DNA from: the human T2T-CHM13v2.0 reference genome, Homo sapiens
Strand: one strand, 5' to 3'
Assembly: GCF_009914755.1 (NCBI RefSeq)
Contig: NC_060932.1
Length of the DNA stretch: 64,000 bases
A program made the position numbers and the translations under genes. The notes below the pieces were generated by a model. The model was not told where the DNA came from and searched no databases. It was given only the letters and a program-made list of their open reading frames with translations. Shown here piece after piece: positions 14,768-32,000 of the stretch; the stretch's first letter is position 1, and each line of letters begins with the position of its first letter.

Positions 14768-14990
14768 GTTAAAGAGAAAGAGCATTGAACTAAGAATCAG
14801 AGACTTGGTTTGCAGTCCCGGATTCATTGGTTATTGGTTGCTTAAACTTGGGCATGTCACTTAACCATTCTGACCCCTAATTTCCTTATCTGAAAATGGT
14901 AAAAATCATACCTACCTGATAGACTTGTTGTGAGTGTTAAAATGATGTGGCTTAAAACCTAGAGGAGGCATTCAATTAATGATACCTTAT
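14768..14990 (+). mobile_element. MIR
   Basis: agagcattgaactaagaatcagagac...cttgggcatgtcacttaacc...tttccttatctgaaaatgg. Confidence 0.75.
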
Positions 14991-15834
14991 TTTTATTAAT
15001 ATTAGCATATTGGGAGTAAGCACAGGGCCAAATGCAATCATGTATAGAAAAGCATTCCGCTAACTATAAAACATTGAATAAAATGCGCTGATGTGTTTAT
15101 GATTGATAACTGTTTTTTGTCAGCTTTTTAATTTTAGCTGCACCATCTTACTTTTTGGTACAGATCTATTTACTATCTAGGAGTTGTGGGGGACTTGGTG
15201 GGTAGCCAGAAAAGATGACAGCTAGCAGAGCTTAGGCACAGGAGCAGATGTAAGTGCAGGTGGCTGGCAGTGTGGGGACCCTGGAGGCAGCTGCTCTCAG
15301 GGTAAAATCCACGGGAGGACTAGGCAGGGTGAGAGAGCATCCCCAGGCAAAGTAGAGTGACCTGCCTCTGAGAGTTTGGGTGTAGAATGCAGCAGGATGA
15401 CTCAGAAAAGTCTGCAGAGCTTTAGAAATGCTTTTTTTTTTTTTTTTTTTTTGATGTGGTGTAAGGTTAGAAGACTAGAATGACGTTTGTCTATTATTCA
15501 GGAGATGTTCTTTGTAGGAGAAAGAAAGGGAAAAAGAAAAAGATTCCAAATATTTTAGTGGGCATTATGTAGTTCCGTCTCTTGCTCCTTCCCTTAATTC
15601 CCCCTCCAGAGGGGAAACAGATATCTGTGAAACTGAAAAGCTTGCATCTTTGTGAGATCTGCTGGAGGGAAGCTACCGTTTAAACCCAGTCTCCATTATT
15701 TTAAATGGTTTTAAGCCTCACATGTAGTGCTATTTATTTTTCCTTCTAAAAAATATTTCTGGGTTATGCCTCCATATACAAAACTCACCTTTGTGCCATT
15801 GTGCTGTTTTGATGATAGGTAATTTAGCTAGATT

Positions 15835-16060
15835 TAGCTACCATCTATTGAGCACTTAAAATTAATCTCTGTAATAAACTCTATTCAGGCATTTCATCAT
15901 TTAATTTAATACAAACCCTGTAGAAAGTGGATATCACTCCTCTTTTGCTAATTGGGCACTGAGGTTTAAAGAGGTTAAGTTAATTTCTCAGTTTGCTATA
16001 GCTAGAATGGAATAGGTCCATTATTTCAATATAGGTTTGCCAGACTCCAAAGCATGTACT
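15835..16060 (-). mobile_element. MIR
   Basis: tattgagcactta...actgaggtttaaagaggttaagt...gactccaaagc. Confidence 0.7.
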
Positions 16061-19000
16061 GGAACTACTGTGGTATAAAACAATATCCACTCCTTAGAAA
16101 GATCAGCATATTCATCTTCTATGTCCTATTTATAAGTGAACCGGTGTGCTCTTCCCTCTTTATTGAGATTTTTTTCAAAGTAGGAAAAAGGGAAGGAAAA
16201 AGCATTTATTGACCACATGCCATATGCCATATTTCTTTACAAATATTTTCCCATCATTCTTAGAAATAAACCCCAAATGAATATTTTTGTCCATGTCTTT
16301 CAAATGAGGAGATTGCTTAGAGAAGTTGAGGAGTTCGTCAAAATCCACCATGCTTATTTATTTTCTTTTCATCTTACATTTTTACATATCTAGTGATTGT
16401 CAGATACTGAGTTATCCAGGGTTAAACAGAAGTTACAGTCTGTGTTACCAAGGGCCTCGTAGATTACTGGAGAAGACAAAGATGCAAATAGGCAATTATA
16501 ATAAAAAATGCTACACAGACAGACAGGAATATATTCAAGTCACTCTTAGGCGCTTCTCCTCCCAAAACTTAATCCCCCACTTCCATTACGCCATGGTGCC
16601 TTCCAGAATTAGCGCAGTTCGCATACTGAAGGAAACTGAGGGGTGGTCAGAAACCCAGTTTGTGCAGGAAAAAAAATTGTGGAGAACAAAATTAGCTTCA
16701 GTTTTTAATATCAGCCATTAATTCTGAGGAACAACTTCATCCACTTAACTTGATTTTCCATCTTCCTTGAGTCCCAAGGCAAAACTGAAATGGAAAAGAA
16801 TCTACAGGATGCTTTCATTTAGCAAAGAGGCAAACAAACCCAAATCGAGCAGTACATCATAGCAACCCACTAATTGGAAGTCTGGGTAAAACATCTCTCA
16901 TCCCATTTCTAAGAACTTAGCTATTTATCCAAAGCAAGACCTCTTGCCCCCTGGAGCTCTATTCCCCAAAGAGAAGACTTCTTTAAAGAGATCGTCCTTC
17001 TTAGAAAAGGAGATTTTTCTTTCCCATTCAGATATTTCTAGATTGGTTCACGTGGATAGAGAATTCTATGCCTTTTTTAGCCACTGTGACTCAGATATAA
17101 TTCATTTTGCCTTAAAACGCAAAGCATCAGTAAACATTGTTAGCATTGTTATGTCACCCTTTTTTTTTTTGGTTGTTCACAAATTTTCTTTGTTAAAATC
17201 CTGTGCAGCTTTTTGAATTCACACTAAAGAACTTTAAATTTCCAAATGAAGAAATTTCCTGGCCAGTTTTTGGTTTTTTTTTTTTGAAGATGACTGCTGC
17301 CTGAGTGTCAACATTTGAGAAAATATAGAATTTAATTTTTGGAAGTCACTAGATATAGCAACCTGCCTGGTGCCAGAGAAGAGCTGTCTATGCTGTACTG
17401 CAATTTGACTTTTAATCCATCGTAGATCTGCTAATGGTATGGCACATGTGAAGTGGTAAATTCTTGAGTGTTTGAGACAAACATTTTAAGGTACCCATAC
17501 ATAATGTTAAGTTCACGTTTAGGAAAGTAGTACCAGTTAATAAGATTACTTATTTGAAAATAAGACCAGTTTATTTCAATCTGGATATTCGAATTATCAA
17601 ATAATCTTTTTTTTTCAGGATTTTCTTGGTGTATGTTACCTTTTTAGTGAAGGACCAGTGTCTCAGAGCTTTATTTTTTATGGTAGTTTAATTATTTAAC
17701 TGAAACCTGGAAGAATTAATAGGGTCAGAATTTTAGATCATGAAACATATTTTATTGCTCAGTGGATGATATTCTTCTTGGTATTATTTGCTCTTCCCCA
17801 GAGTCACCATATGGTATAAATTATTTTAAATTCCCACAATTATCAGTTATGTATATACTAATAATATCAAAATCATTTGTTTGGGATATTTTTTGTAATT
17901 TATTGAATTTTCAAAGTCAATTTTGTTCAGACCATTTTTTTTTTTACAAAGTAGCTTAAAGGCACTTAGAAACTGACAGTATTGGATATTTCATACGATT
18001 TTTTAGAATTGCAGTATCTGCCATTTATCTGAGGACTGGTGATTCAAAAACTCTGTTTTTGGTTAATTTTAATTAAAAACATGTCCACTCAAAATACTGC
18101 TCAATACCCAAATCATTGCCTACCTTGTATATAGTTATTTTTCCTAAGGGCAAAATAGCTAAGACCATAAATTACGATGGCAGGCACATGGTTTGCTGAC
18201 AGAACTATATAAAATACTGTTTTCATCCTCATGTCAGCTCTGGTACATGCCTCTTTACTTTAATTCCTTGGGGAATCTGTTGTAAGTTATAGTTTTAAAA
18301 AACATCCCTACCCCACTAGCTCTGTCAGCTTACCTTTTTCTGACTGACCATTTTATTTCTCTGAAAGAACAGATAGAAACTGAGTTATGTCTTAGCTGAA
18401 CTTGTAGTGCCCTAAATATTAATAGCTGTGAACCAGTTTAGTTTAATTTGGATATTTCCCAATCTTACACCTGCGATATTGCAAGGTAGTTATAAAAAGT
18501 ACACAGAATTCATCTCTATAAATATATGCTCATTTTATATCCTTTACAATCTGTTTCCTAGATTCCTAATCCAAAGAGGCCATTAGTACCAATGACATGA
18601 TGGATAGAGTAGGTTATAATGTTTAGCAGCTCATTGGAGATGACATAGTTTGCCAAGTTAATTTACACATTTTCATACTACATATATTATGTACAATATT
18701 TTTTGTATGGTGGGTTTTCATCGAGTACCCTTCTCTCTTGTAAGAAATTATTTTTTAAGAAACATGTTAAAGAGTAAAGATGTTTTAAATAAGCATTTCT
18801 CAAATGGTTGGTCCTTACTACCAAGCATATTCTGGAACTGACACTTTAGTTTTACTTACTTCCAGCACATTTCATGGGAAATGGAGATGTCCAAGGAAAC
18901 AGGAAGACGTTAATTGATGATACATTTTCTTCTAATATTTTGATATCCCCCAAAGAAAAAAATAGTCCAGGAGATAGATTATACTAGAACAGTTTGGCTA

Positions 19001-19072
19001 CATTATCTAAAAGTATGTTCCCATGGAAAATTATATAATAGGCTTAGTACATTTTAGACCATTTTTTTCATT

Positions 19073-22129
<3,057 letters not shown>

Positions 22130-22544
22130 CTAAATATTTGTTATATTTTTTGATGAAGGGCAAAACATTTTGGTTACAGTTTCTTTGAATATTTCATTCC
22201 ACTTATGCTTTTCAACCAAATACAATAAAAAAAGCAAGAAGGGGTTGTCATTCTTTTTTTTTTTTCATTTGTTCTTCAATTTAGCATTGAAATATTAAAT
22301 CCAAAAGACAACTACCTTTAGTATGAGATTGTATGTTTTGAAAATGTGCAGAGGTTTAGGTATTTTATAATAGTGACAATTTACATATTTATAGGAAATA
22401 TTGTTTCAAATAGATTTTAAGGAGGCAGCTGTTAAAATTTGACATATTACTGAAACTTAATTAGTAATATCGAAATATTTCAGATAACACAGGGATGACT
22501 GAGCTAACCTGATTCAACACATCAGTTCACAATGTTGTGAAGAA

Positions 22545-22770
22545 CACATTGAACATTTTCATGGCACAATGCATTCTGCTGCTTACTTCAAGAATTAGGA
22601 AGGTGAATAAGATGATTCTTACTCTCAAAGAGCTTATAATTTAGTAGAAGAAAGACAATAAGTCTGTGTGCCCATACATTTATTAATACAAGGTGGGTCC
22701 GGGTCATATCTTATAATTTGTACTAAGTGTCATGGGGTAGAAGAGAAAAAAACATTTAATGTGATTTGAA
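22545..22770 (-). mobile_element. L2 3' fragment
   Basis: ggtgaataagatgattcttactctcaaagagcttataatttagtag. Confidence 0.55.
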
Positions 22771-23459
22771 ATTGAGAATGTTTGTGTGGATATGTATTTT
22801 ATATAAGATACTTATAAAAAACTAAATGCATCAACCCACAGATTTTTTGTCTTATGGCCTCTGTTAGAATGGTAGAATGGGAAGAACTATTTGGGTTGTT
22901 ATATACACAGGCCTAGTTATTATTCCCTTGAGTAAAATAGGGCTTTGTTACAGCTAACCTAATAAGAATATTTCAGTAATCAAATATTTAAGGAACATTG
23001 TTGAGGTGGCATGGAAAGTCAACACAAAAAAGGAATTCCACTTGAGCTGTAATTTTGTTTTATTTGCTTAGCGTAGATTAGAATTGTGATACTTGTACTG
23101 TTAGTTGCACTGTACATAAATATTTTGAATTACTGTCGCTGATTGGAACTACCTTCGTGCTTTAAATTTAAAAAAAAGATGTATGTGTACATTCTAAATA
23201 GTAAAAACTCTTTTTGGCTCAAATCTTTTAATTCTGAAGGAATATACTGGCAGATACTTAGTAGACATAAATAATCATTAATGCATGTATGGTGTATTTC
23301 ATTCAGTAGTACCAAAATCTAAAACACATTGAGTTGTCTGGCATGGTTTCATTGCCAAAAGTTGTGATGTGACTCTGATGTAACCTGGTTTGTTCTGAAC
23401 AACTCCAAATGGTTCTTCAGACTTGCCCAGGATCCATCTGGCTCCTGGGAAGCCTTATG

Positions 23460-23695
23460 TTATCATGGCTATAATCCCAGACTCTGGTGACAGTCTGCCT
23501 GGGTTCAAATCCAGGCTCTGGTACTCACTATCTGTATGACCTTGAGGATGTTGGTTTGTCTGTTTCCCTTGCAAAATAATGAACATTATATTCCCTATCT
23601 CAAAGGGTTGTTGTGAGGATACTCTAAGATAATGCAGGTAAAAGTGGGATGTTAACAGCATTTGGTAAGTTGTAAGGACTCAGGTGCTGGCTATG
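23460..23695 (+). mobile_element. MIR
   Basis: ctgcctgggttcaaatccaggctctg...tgaccttg...gggttgttgtgaggat. Confidence 0.8.
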
Positions 23696-23714
23696 TAAAA
23701 ATAAACTTATTTAA

Positions 23715-23774
23715 GATGGATAGATACATAGATAGATAGATAGATAGGTAGATAGATAGATAGATAGATAGATA
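23715..23774 (+). repeat. Interrupted (GATA)n microsatellite
   Basis: About 15 tetramer units with CATA and GGTA interruptions. Confidence 0.95.
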
Positions 23775-24307
23775 TAAAAACCTATACCTGAAAACATTAT
23801 TTTCACAATATTTCAAAAGCTTCTATTGTACTATCTATGCTTTTATACATAGTAAAAGCAGATGACATGCTGGTCCTACTAAATTTACAGGTTAATTTTT
23901 AGATAGTTACTAAGAAATCAAACTGTGTGGAATTTTCTGGTACAAAATTACAATATGCAATACCTTCCTACTGAGGTACCCATTACTGAATATTTCTTTT
24001 CTATCATATGTGAAATGCATCAATTTTAAATATTTGGAGACATACCTAATTTAAGTGAAAATCTCGGTATTTCCTGAAAGTCGCCACACTATAACAGATA
24101 ACCAACCAAATTTGTCTAGCTTATAATGTCTGTCAGCCTGGGTGATGTGGATGGGCCACTGTGTTCTCAACTGCACTGTCTCAGTGATTGGAGCCAGTTC
24201 ATGAAGCGCTACAGCCTGTAGGATGCCAAGGAGGTTCTTTTTCGTAATCACACACAAGCAATGTGGTAAAACCCTCAAGGGATAGCAGTTGCTTTCACAA
24301 TCTATTT

Positions 24308-24346
24308 ACACACATACACACACATACACAGACACACACACACACA
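24308..24346 (+). repeat. Imperfect (CA)n
   Basis: Read directly. Confidence 0.9.
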
Positions 24347-25154
24347 GAGTTCTTTGTTATTTTACATCTGGCAACAGGAAGAGCATGCTGGACAGACCTC
24401 TGGCATCATAAACCATCCTTCCCTCTGACCTCTGTGTGAATCAGCAGACTATGATCTCTGCAGAATTTAGGATTAATTGCAGCAAAGAAAAAGAACCTCT
24501 CTGAAATCTAAAATGTAGACTTGGTCATTAGTTCATTTTGCATGCTGTGGAAACTATATTTGGCATCATTAACAGCTGCTTCCATGAGATGTTGGGCACT
24601 AAAATATGATTGGTGAACACTCAGGATTTTATTTTGTGGTATTGGTTGCAATTATGGAGATGTTGATAGATCAATTTCCACATCATCTAAACCCTTAACT
24701 AAGAAATAAAGTGGTACATAATATGCATGTCCCCTCTATATGAGACTTTGTTAATTTTCTTAATTTAAAAATTTTTTTTAATTCTATGAAGGAAAAGAAA
24801 TTTCTCTTTCAGCTGATGTTTCCCTGAACACACATTGTGATCATTTACTATTTCCTAAGTGATTCAAGCAGCAATCTTGTTTTAGAATATTTCAACTGAA
24901 ATGCCAGCCCTGGAATTTCAGTGCTGATTTTAGGAATTATTCTAATGACTTCTTGACAAGCTTTACCTACATCAGGAGCAAGTGAACTTGGCAGAGTTGG
25001 GATAGGAGACTTGCCTCCAAAATGTTAACTTATATATAACCACCTTGTTATCGCATTAGTTGTTTTCATGGTGGCTGTGGTGGTCAATAGCAGAGGCAAT
25101 GGAATGAGCTGTAATAAGAGTCAGCAAATCTGAGTGGACTTGGCTTCTCCCGTT

Positions 25155-25240
25155 TGCCATGGTGTAAATATCCCCACCATGATTGTTTTCAGGCTACCAA
25201 CATGATGTCACTAAATGTGGAATTGAGAAGGGATGTCCAA
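25155..25240. mobile_element. MER63-like hAT DNA transposon fragment
   Basis: catggtgtaaatatccccaccatgattgttttcaggctaccaacatgatgtcactaaatgtggaattgagaag resembles the remembered MER63 consensus. Confidence 0.6.
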
Positions 25241-25604
25241 AATATACATCAATAAAACAGCCCTCATTTGATTTTCTTCTCAGTGGACTATGTGGTTAAA
25301 TGACTTTTATCTACCTTTATCTCGCCATTAGCAGGAGACATTATGGAAAAATATAATGCCATAAAGTCACCTCTATGTCATTGTCCTTGTTAGAATAAAA
25401 ATTAAGACCTCTAGGTTTACTTTTATGGGTTGAGCCTTTGACCTATCTGTGGAAGTGGTAAGCTGGAACAACAAAGAGGAAAATGAGAGTCTGTGCTTTT
25501 AGGCAGGTAGTTAATGAAGGACCAGGTAGGAATGAAGAAGCCAAGTTCTAGTCCAAATTGCCATTGATTATCTAGAAGATTTTGGACAATTCACTTCATG
25601 CAGT

Positions 25605-25905
25605 AGCTCAACATCCATCAAAGAGTTTTTGAAAGTCTATTATGTGCCAGGTGTTGGAAGATGTGAAGGTGAACAAGCAGATGATTTCACCTTAAAAGAG
25701 CTTGTAGCTTAGTGGGAAGGAGGAAAAAAAAGGAAGTAATAATAACAAAGTAAGAAAAGAGCTAGCATAGAGCTGGGGAAGCAAAACACACAGAATGAAA
25801 GTGGAACCTGATCTTGCAGAGTCCTGGAAGGGTTCTGGGAAGAGATGACTGTGTGCTGAGCAAGGAAGAATGAATAGAAAGTAGGCAAGAAGGAAGGGTG
25901 AGATG
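25605..25905 (-). mobile_element. L2 3' end, continuing at ~29495-29560 beyond the L1M insertion
   Basis: tctattatgtgccagg...aagagcttgtagcttagtggg; the continuation reads gtgatctgatttgcattttaaaaaga. Confidence 0.65.
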
Positions 25906-26536
25906 AGAGGCTTCTTGATTTGATTCCAGATCTCAGGTTTTATTTCACCGTTAAGTATGATGTTTTAGTCTCTCTTTTCTTTTTTAGAAACCTTCACTAT
26001 GTTAAAAAACAGTTTTTTTCTATTTTTTAATTGGCAAATAGTTTTTTTTAAATCACAAGTAAGTATTGTGTAATTGTGTCAGATTTTTTTCTGCACCTAT
26101 TAAAATAATTGTATAGGTTTTCCTTTATTCTTTAATGAGGTGATATCATATCAAATATTAGACCAATATTATGTATCTGAAAAAATATGCACACACACAT
26201 ATAAATGAGTGTATTTGTGTGTATATGACTTTTGAGAATACATTAATGAGAGAGATTGTACTGTAAGTTTTTTCTAATAATACCCTTGTGATAGCAAGGT
26301 TATAATGGCCACATAAAATGCATTACTAATTGCTTTTTATTTCTCTTTCTTGGAAGAGATTGTGTATGATTGCTGTAATTTCTTCCTTACGTATTTGGGA
26401 GAATTCACCAGTGAGGCCATCTTGGCCTGAATTTCTATTCTGGAAACGTTTAAAATTACTGGTTTTATTTATTTAAAAGATTTAGGGTTCTTCAGATTTT
26501 ACATTCTTCTCATGTTAACTGTAAGTTACAGTTTTT

Positions 26537-26885
26537 CTTTTTTTTTAATGTGTTGTTGTTATTTTTTGTATATGTCCATAGGGTACAAGTGCAGTTTTGC
26601 TACACTGATGTATTTTGCATTATGGTGAAGGCAGGGCCTTCAGTGCCTCCATCACTGGAGGAAGGCACATTGTACCCACCAAGCAACCTTCCATCATCCA
26701 CTATCTCCCACCCCTCACCCCTCTAAGTCTCCATTGTCCACACATTCATGATGGACAGTGTGCACTCTGCTTCCATGTGCACACATTATTTAGCTCCCAT
26801 TTATAAGTGAGAACATGCAGTATGTGTCTTTCCATGTCTGAATTATTACACTTAAGATAATGGCCTCCAGCTCCATCTTTGTTGC
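26537..26885 (-). mobile_element. L1PB4/L1MA1-like 3' end nested in L1M
   Basis: tagggtacaagtgcagttttgctac...cacattatttagctcccatttataagtgagaacatgc. Confidence 0.8.
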
Positions 26886-26918
26886 AAGTTGGTGTTTTTC
26901 AAAAAATTTCCTTATTTG

Positions 26919-27213
<295 letters not shown>

Positions 27214-27957
27214 TTATCCATTTTATTCAAATTATCAACTTCATTGACATAAAGTTACTGTTCTTATCTTTTTGACATCTGTAGGATCTCTATCAATATC
27301 CCTTTTGTTTTTATACCTGATATTGGTCATTCGTGCTGTAGTTTTTTTCCTCAATAAGGCTTGTTAAGAGAGTTTTAATTGTATTAGATTTTCCCAAGGG
27401 CAAATTGCTGGCCTTGTTGATGTTCTCTATTGTACACTTTTTTCTGTTTTATAAATTTGTGCCTTTTTTTTTTTTCACTTTTTCTCATTTCTATTTCCTT
27501 TGGGTTTGATTTTTCTTTTTTGACTTTTTGAATTAGAGTATAGATTATTGATATTCAACTTTCTTCCTTTCTAATATATGCATGTTAGGCCGTAAGTTTC
27601 TCTTTAATGAGTTTCAGCTACTTTCCCTAGGTTTTGACATGGTATTTTCTATATTATTTAATTCAAAATATATTCTAGCATTCATTGTAATTTTTCTTTA
27701 ATCCAGGGGTTATTTAAAAAATATGTTGCTTAAATTTAAATGATTTGAAGATTATGTAGTTATTTTTCTGTATTTGAGTTCTAGCTTAATTCTACCGTGG
27801 TCAGAGCATATGGATTGTATGATTTTGGTGCTTTAAAATGAACTTGTTTTATTGCTTATCATATGGTCCAATTTTGTTAAACATTCAATTTGCCCTGGGA
27901 AGTAACATGCATTTTGCTTATTTTAAAAGCAGTGCATTATAAATGCAAATTAAGGCA

Positions 27958-28120
27958 TTTATATATAATGACATATATATGTGTGTGTGTGTGTATACAT
28001 ATATATGTATACATATATACGTATATATACATATATATGTATATATACATATATACATATATACACATGTATACATATATATGTATATATAAAATGACAT
28101 ATATAATGACTTACATATAT
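27958..28120. repeat. (TA/TG/TACA) alternating purine-pyrimidine low-complexity tract
   Basis: Read directly. Source of spurious ORFs 27890+ and 27918-. Confidence 0.95.
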
Positions 28121-30004
28121 TGACTGGCAATATCCCTACTGGTATTTGCTTTTGACTTGTTTCATCAGCTACTGGGAGAGGTATGTCAAAATCTCAAACT
28201 TTGGTTGTGAATGTACTATTCTTTATAAAATTTAAAACTGTGTTATTAGGTCTATAAACATTAAGAATGTTTGTATATTTTTGGTGTAATGACCCTTTTA
28301 TCAGTATTTTTTTCATATTTATCTCTAGAAATGCTTTGAAGCCTAATTTGTTATTAATATATCAATAATTGTATTTCAAACTAGATTATTCAATTCGTGT
28401 AAACCCGATGTAGTTAATACTTTATGACAAATTTATCGTGCTTGAGTTTGGTCAGGATTCTCAATTCTGTATTTGATGTCTTTTATCAAGTTTTGTAAAT
28501 ACTTGGCCTGGATATACTCAAATATTTCTTTTATCTCAATCTTTATCTCTCCATAGCTTTTGGGATTCTAATTACTTGTGTCTTATTCCTTTATGTCATG
28601 TCTTTATGTTCTTTTCTACCATTTTTATTTTTTTCTCAATGTTTTCATCCAGAAATTTTTCTGACCTATTTTCTTATTAATTAATCTTCTTCTGTGTCAA
28701 TTCTGCTATGAAGCCCGTCCACTAGGTTTTAAATTCAATTATAGAAGTTTCTGTTCAAAAATTTCCACTTTATTCTTTATCATTGATTTTATTTCACTGG
28801 TAAAATTATCTGTCTGGTCATCTTTTTAAAAAGTAATATGAATAACAGTTATTTATTCTAAAATCCTTATGTAACTGTAATATTTAAACCATCCACCAGG
28901 TCCATTTGTGCTGAGTTTTCTCCTGGTTTTCAGTCATTTGATTTTGTATGTATGTATGCTTGGTAATTTTGGATTGGGTGTCAGAAATTGTGTATGAATA
29001 AAATGTAAAGGTTCTGGATGATGATCTGTTATCTCAGAGAGGAATGTATTTTCTTCAGGAAGGAATTTAAGTACAGATAGACCAGCTTGATGCAGTTAGA
29101 AAGTGAGATGATTCAAGGTTTTATTCCTGTCATTCTGACAGCTTGTTATTTTCAGTTTCTCCTTTGTCCTAGGATACAGCCCTTCAGAGGTCTCAAATGA
29201 AAGACGGGGCCTTTTTTCTTTATAGGTCCCAAACTCCAGTTTTTGTCTTTCAGTTCCATTAAACTATGGAAAGCTCTGAGCTACTGTTTTCTGTTCAGCC
29301 TGTCTGCCCCATCCTGCTTGTGAATAAGCAGTTGCCTCAAGTGAAATAATTTTCCTGCTTTCTGGATCTTGGTCTGTCAAGTTCTAACTGTCTTAATCAT
29401 TCCTCAGTATCTTCAAACATTTCCCCTGCATTTATAGTTGTTATAAGTACTAGTATGATCTAAGCTATTCTGTTATAGCTGGAAGCAGAAATGCTGCCAT
29501 CGAAAGAGATTAGGCATTGGAATAATGTGATCTGATTTGCATTTTAAAAAGATTTTTCTGAACAACAATATCCTCATATGTGCAATGAAACATTTTGATA
29601 AAAATTGTTCTCTCAGGCCCTTTTCAGCTCCAATATTCTGCAAGTCTTGAGAGTACTAATAGTGTGTCATACCATGATTTCAAGCTGTCAAAACCCCAGG
29701 GCTTTTAGTTTTAGTAGGCTAAAGTTAGAAAAGCGTAGACTCTGGGGAAAATGGCCAAGAAGAAGACTCTCATCTTTGGTGTCTTTCTATGTGGATTCAT
29801 CACTGTACTTCTTGTTAGCTTTCAGCAACATCCTCTCTTTTCTGGGTCTTGGTATCTGGGCACCTAGACTATTTTTCCAGTAACCTGACCACTCTCTCCT
29901 CATGTGGTGGTGCCCCATTCCACACTCTCTTCTAAAATGTTTCATACTTGAGATTTAAAATTCACTGTCCATCCTGCATTTTTCTGATTTTTTTTAGTAA
30001 TAAA

Positions 30005-30200
30005 TTAACATTTATTGGGTAGTTATGTGCCAGACACTGTGCTAAACACTTAGATGGAATATTTTATTCCATATTAGCTCTATGAGGTAGGGACAATTAT
30101 TATCCCCATTTACAGATGACAAAATTGAAAGTTAGGGGAGTCATGTAGCTTACCTAATGTTACAGAGGTAAAGTGGCTGAGATGAATTCTGATCCCTGGA
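30005..30200 (-). mobile_element. MIR
   Basis: tatgtgccagacactgtgctaaacactt...ctatgaggtagg...atccccatttacagatga. Confidence 0.85.
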
Positions 30201-30216
30201 ATGGGCATCATTTAGA

Positions 30217-30714
<498 letters not shown>

Positions 30715-30814
30715 TACTTTTTTTTTTAAAGATCTGAGAGTGTGAATCTTCCACCTCCTTTTCAACCAAAGTTGAGGAATTTGTCCTGCTATAATCTCAA
30801 CCCTTGAGTATTTC

Positions 30815-30960
30815 TTTTTTTAAAAAATTTTATTATTATTATTATTATAATACTTTAAGTTTTAGGGTACCTGTGCACAACGTGCAGGTTTGTTACATTT
30901 GTATACATGTGCCATGTTGGTGTGTGCACCCATTAACTCGTCATTCAGCATTAGGTATAT
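30815..30960 (-). mobile_element. Very short L1PA (PA4/5-like) 3' terminal fragment
   Basis: tactttaagttttagggtac...ttaactcgtcattcagcattaggtatat, preceded by a T-rich/(TAT)n tail. Confidence 0.88.
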
Positions 30961-31201
30961 TTAAAAAAAAAAAAAAAAACCTTGTTATCTCAGTATGTTT
31001 TTATTATGCAAATTTCCTCTAAATAATGAAAGCTCCTTTTTAATGTTATATTATGATAGCAAAAGGTGTGCTCTTTGTAGAGTTAGCAGGATATGGTTGT
31101 GTGACAAAAAGCCAAATAGTATTTTAGGCTCCAATGAAGAGGAATATCTGTGAAGGGGGTCTTTCTTGGTATTTTTGAAGTTCCACTTGAAAGTGCTGTT
31201 G

Positions 31202-31603
31202 GCCATCACTAATCATGAGGGAAATGCAAATTAAAATCACAATGACATACCACCTTACCCCCCAGCCAGAATGGCGATTAGTGAAAAGTCAAAAAACATA
31301 GATTTTGGCATGGATGTGGTAAAAAAAAAAAAAAAAAAAAAAAAGATGTTTATACACTGCTGGTGGGAATGTAAATTAGTACAATCTCTATGGAAAACAA
31401 TATGGGGATTTCTCAAAGAACTAAAGACAGATCAACCATTCTATCCAACAATCCCACTACTTGGTATCTACCCAAAGGGAAGGAAGTTGCTTTATCAAAA
31501 AGACACCTGAATGTGTATAGAATCATCCTAAGTGCCCATCTACTGATGAGTGGATAAAGAAAATGTGGTGCGTGCATGTGTGTGTGTGTATACCATGAAA
31601 TAC

Positions 31604-31640
<37 letters not shown>

Positions 31641-32000
31641 CATGAAATACTATTCAGCCATTTAAAAAGAATGAAATAATATCTTTTGCAGCAATTTGGA
31701 TAGAACTAGAGGCCATTATTCTAAATAAAGTATTTCAGGAATCAAAAATCAGATAACACATGTTCTTACTTATGAATGAGAGCTATAGGTATTTAAAGGC
31801 ATCCAGGGTGGTATAACGGACATTGGAGACTAAGAAGCGGGGAGGCTGGGAGTGAGGGTGAGAGAGAAATAACTATGCATTGGGTACAATGTACACTACT
31901 TGGGTAATAGGTACACTAAAATCCTAAGCTTCACCACCATACAATTCATCTCTGTAACCAGAAGCCACTTGTATCCCTAAAGCTATTGAAATAAAAAAAA
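31202..32000 (+). mobile_element. 5'-truncated L1PB (PB2/3-like) 3' end
   Basis: ORF2 C-terminal remnant (HCWWECKLVQ) and L1PB 3' UTR. TSD aaagtgctgttg at 31190-31201 and 32005-32016. Confidence 0.9.

Noticed and set aside
16326-16721. 131-aa ORF
   Set aside because: Overlaps MIR/L2-like decayed sequence, begins at a non-ATG codon, and has no recognisable domain or exon structure.
27890-28130. Y/I/C/V-rich ORFs (also 37182-37661 and 60909-61160)
   Set aside because: Translations of dinucleotide or tetranucleotide repeats.
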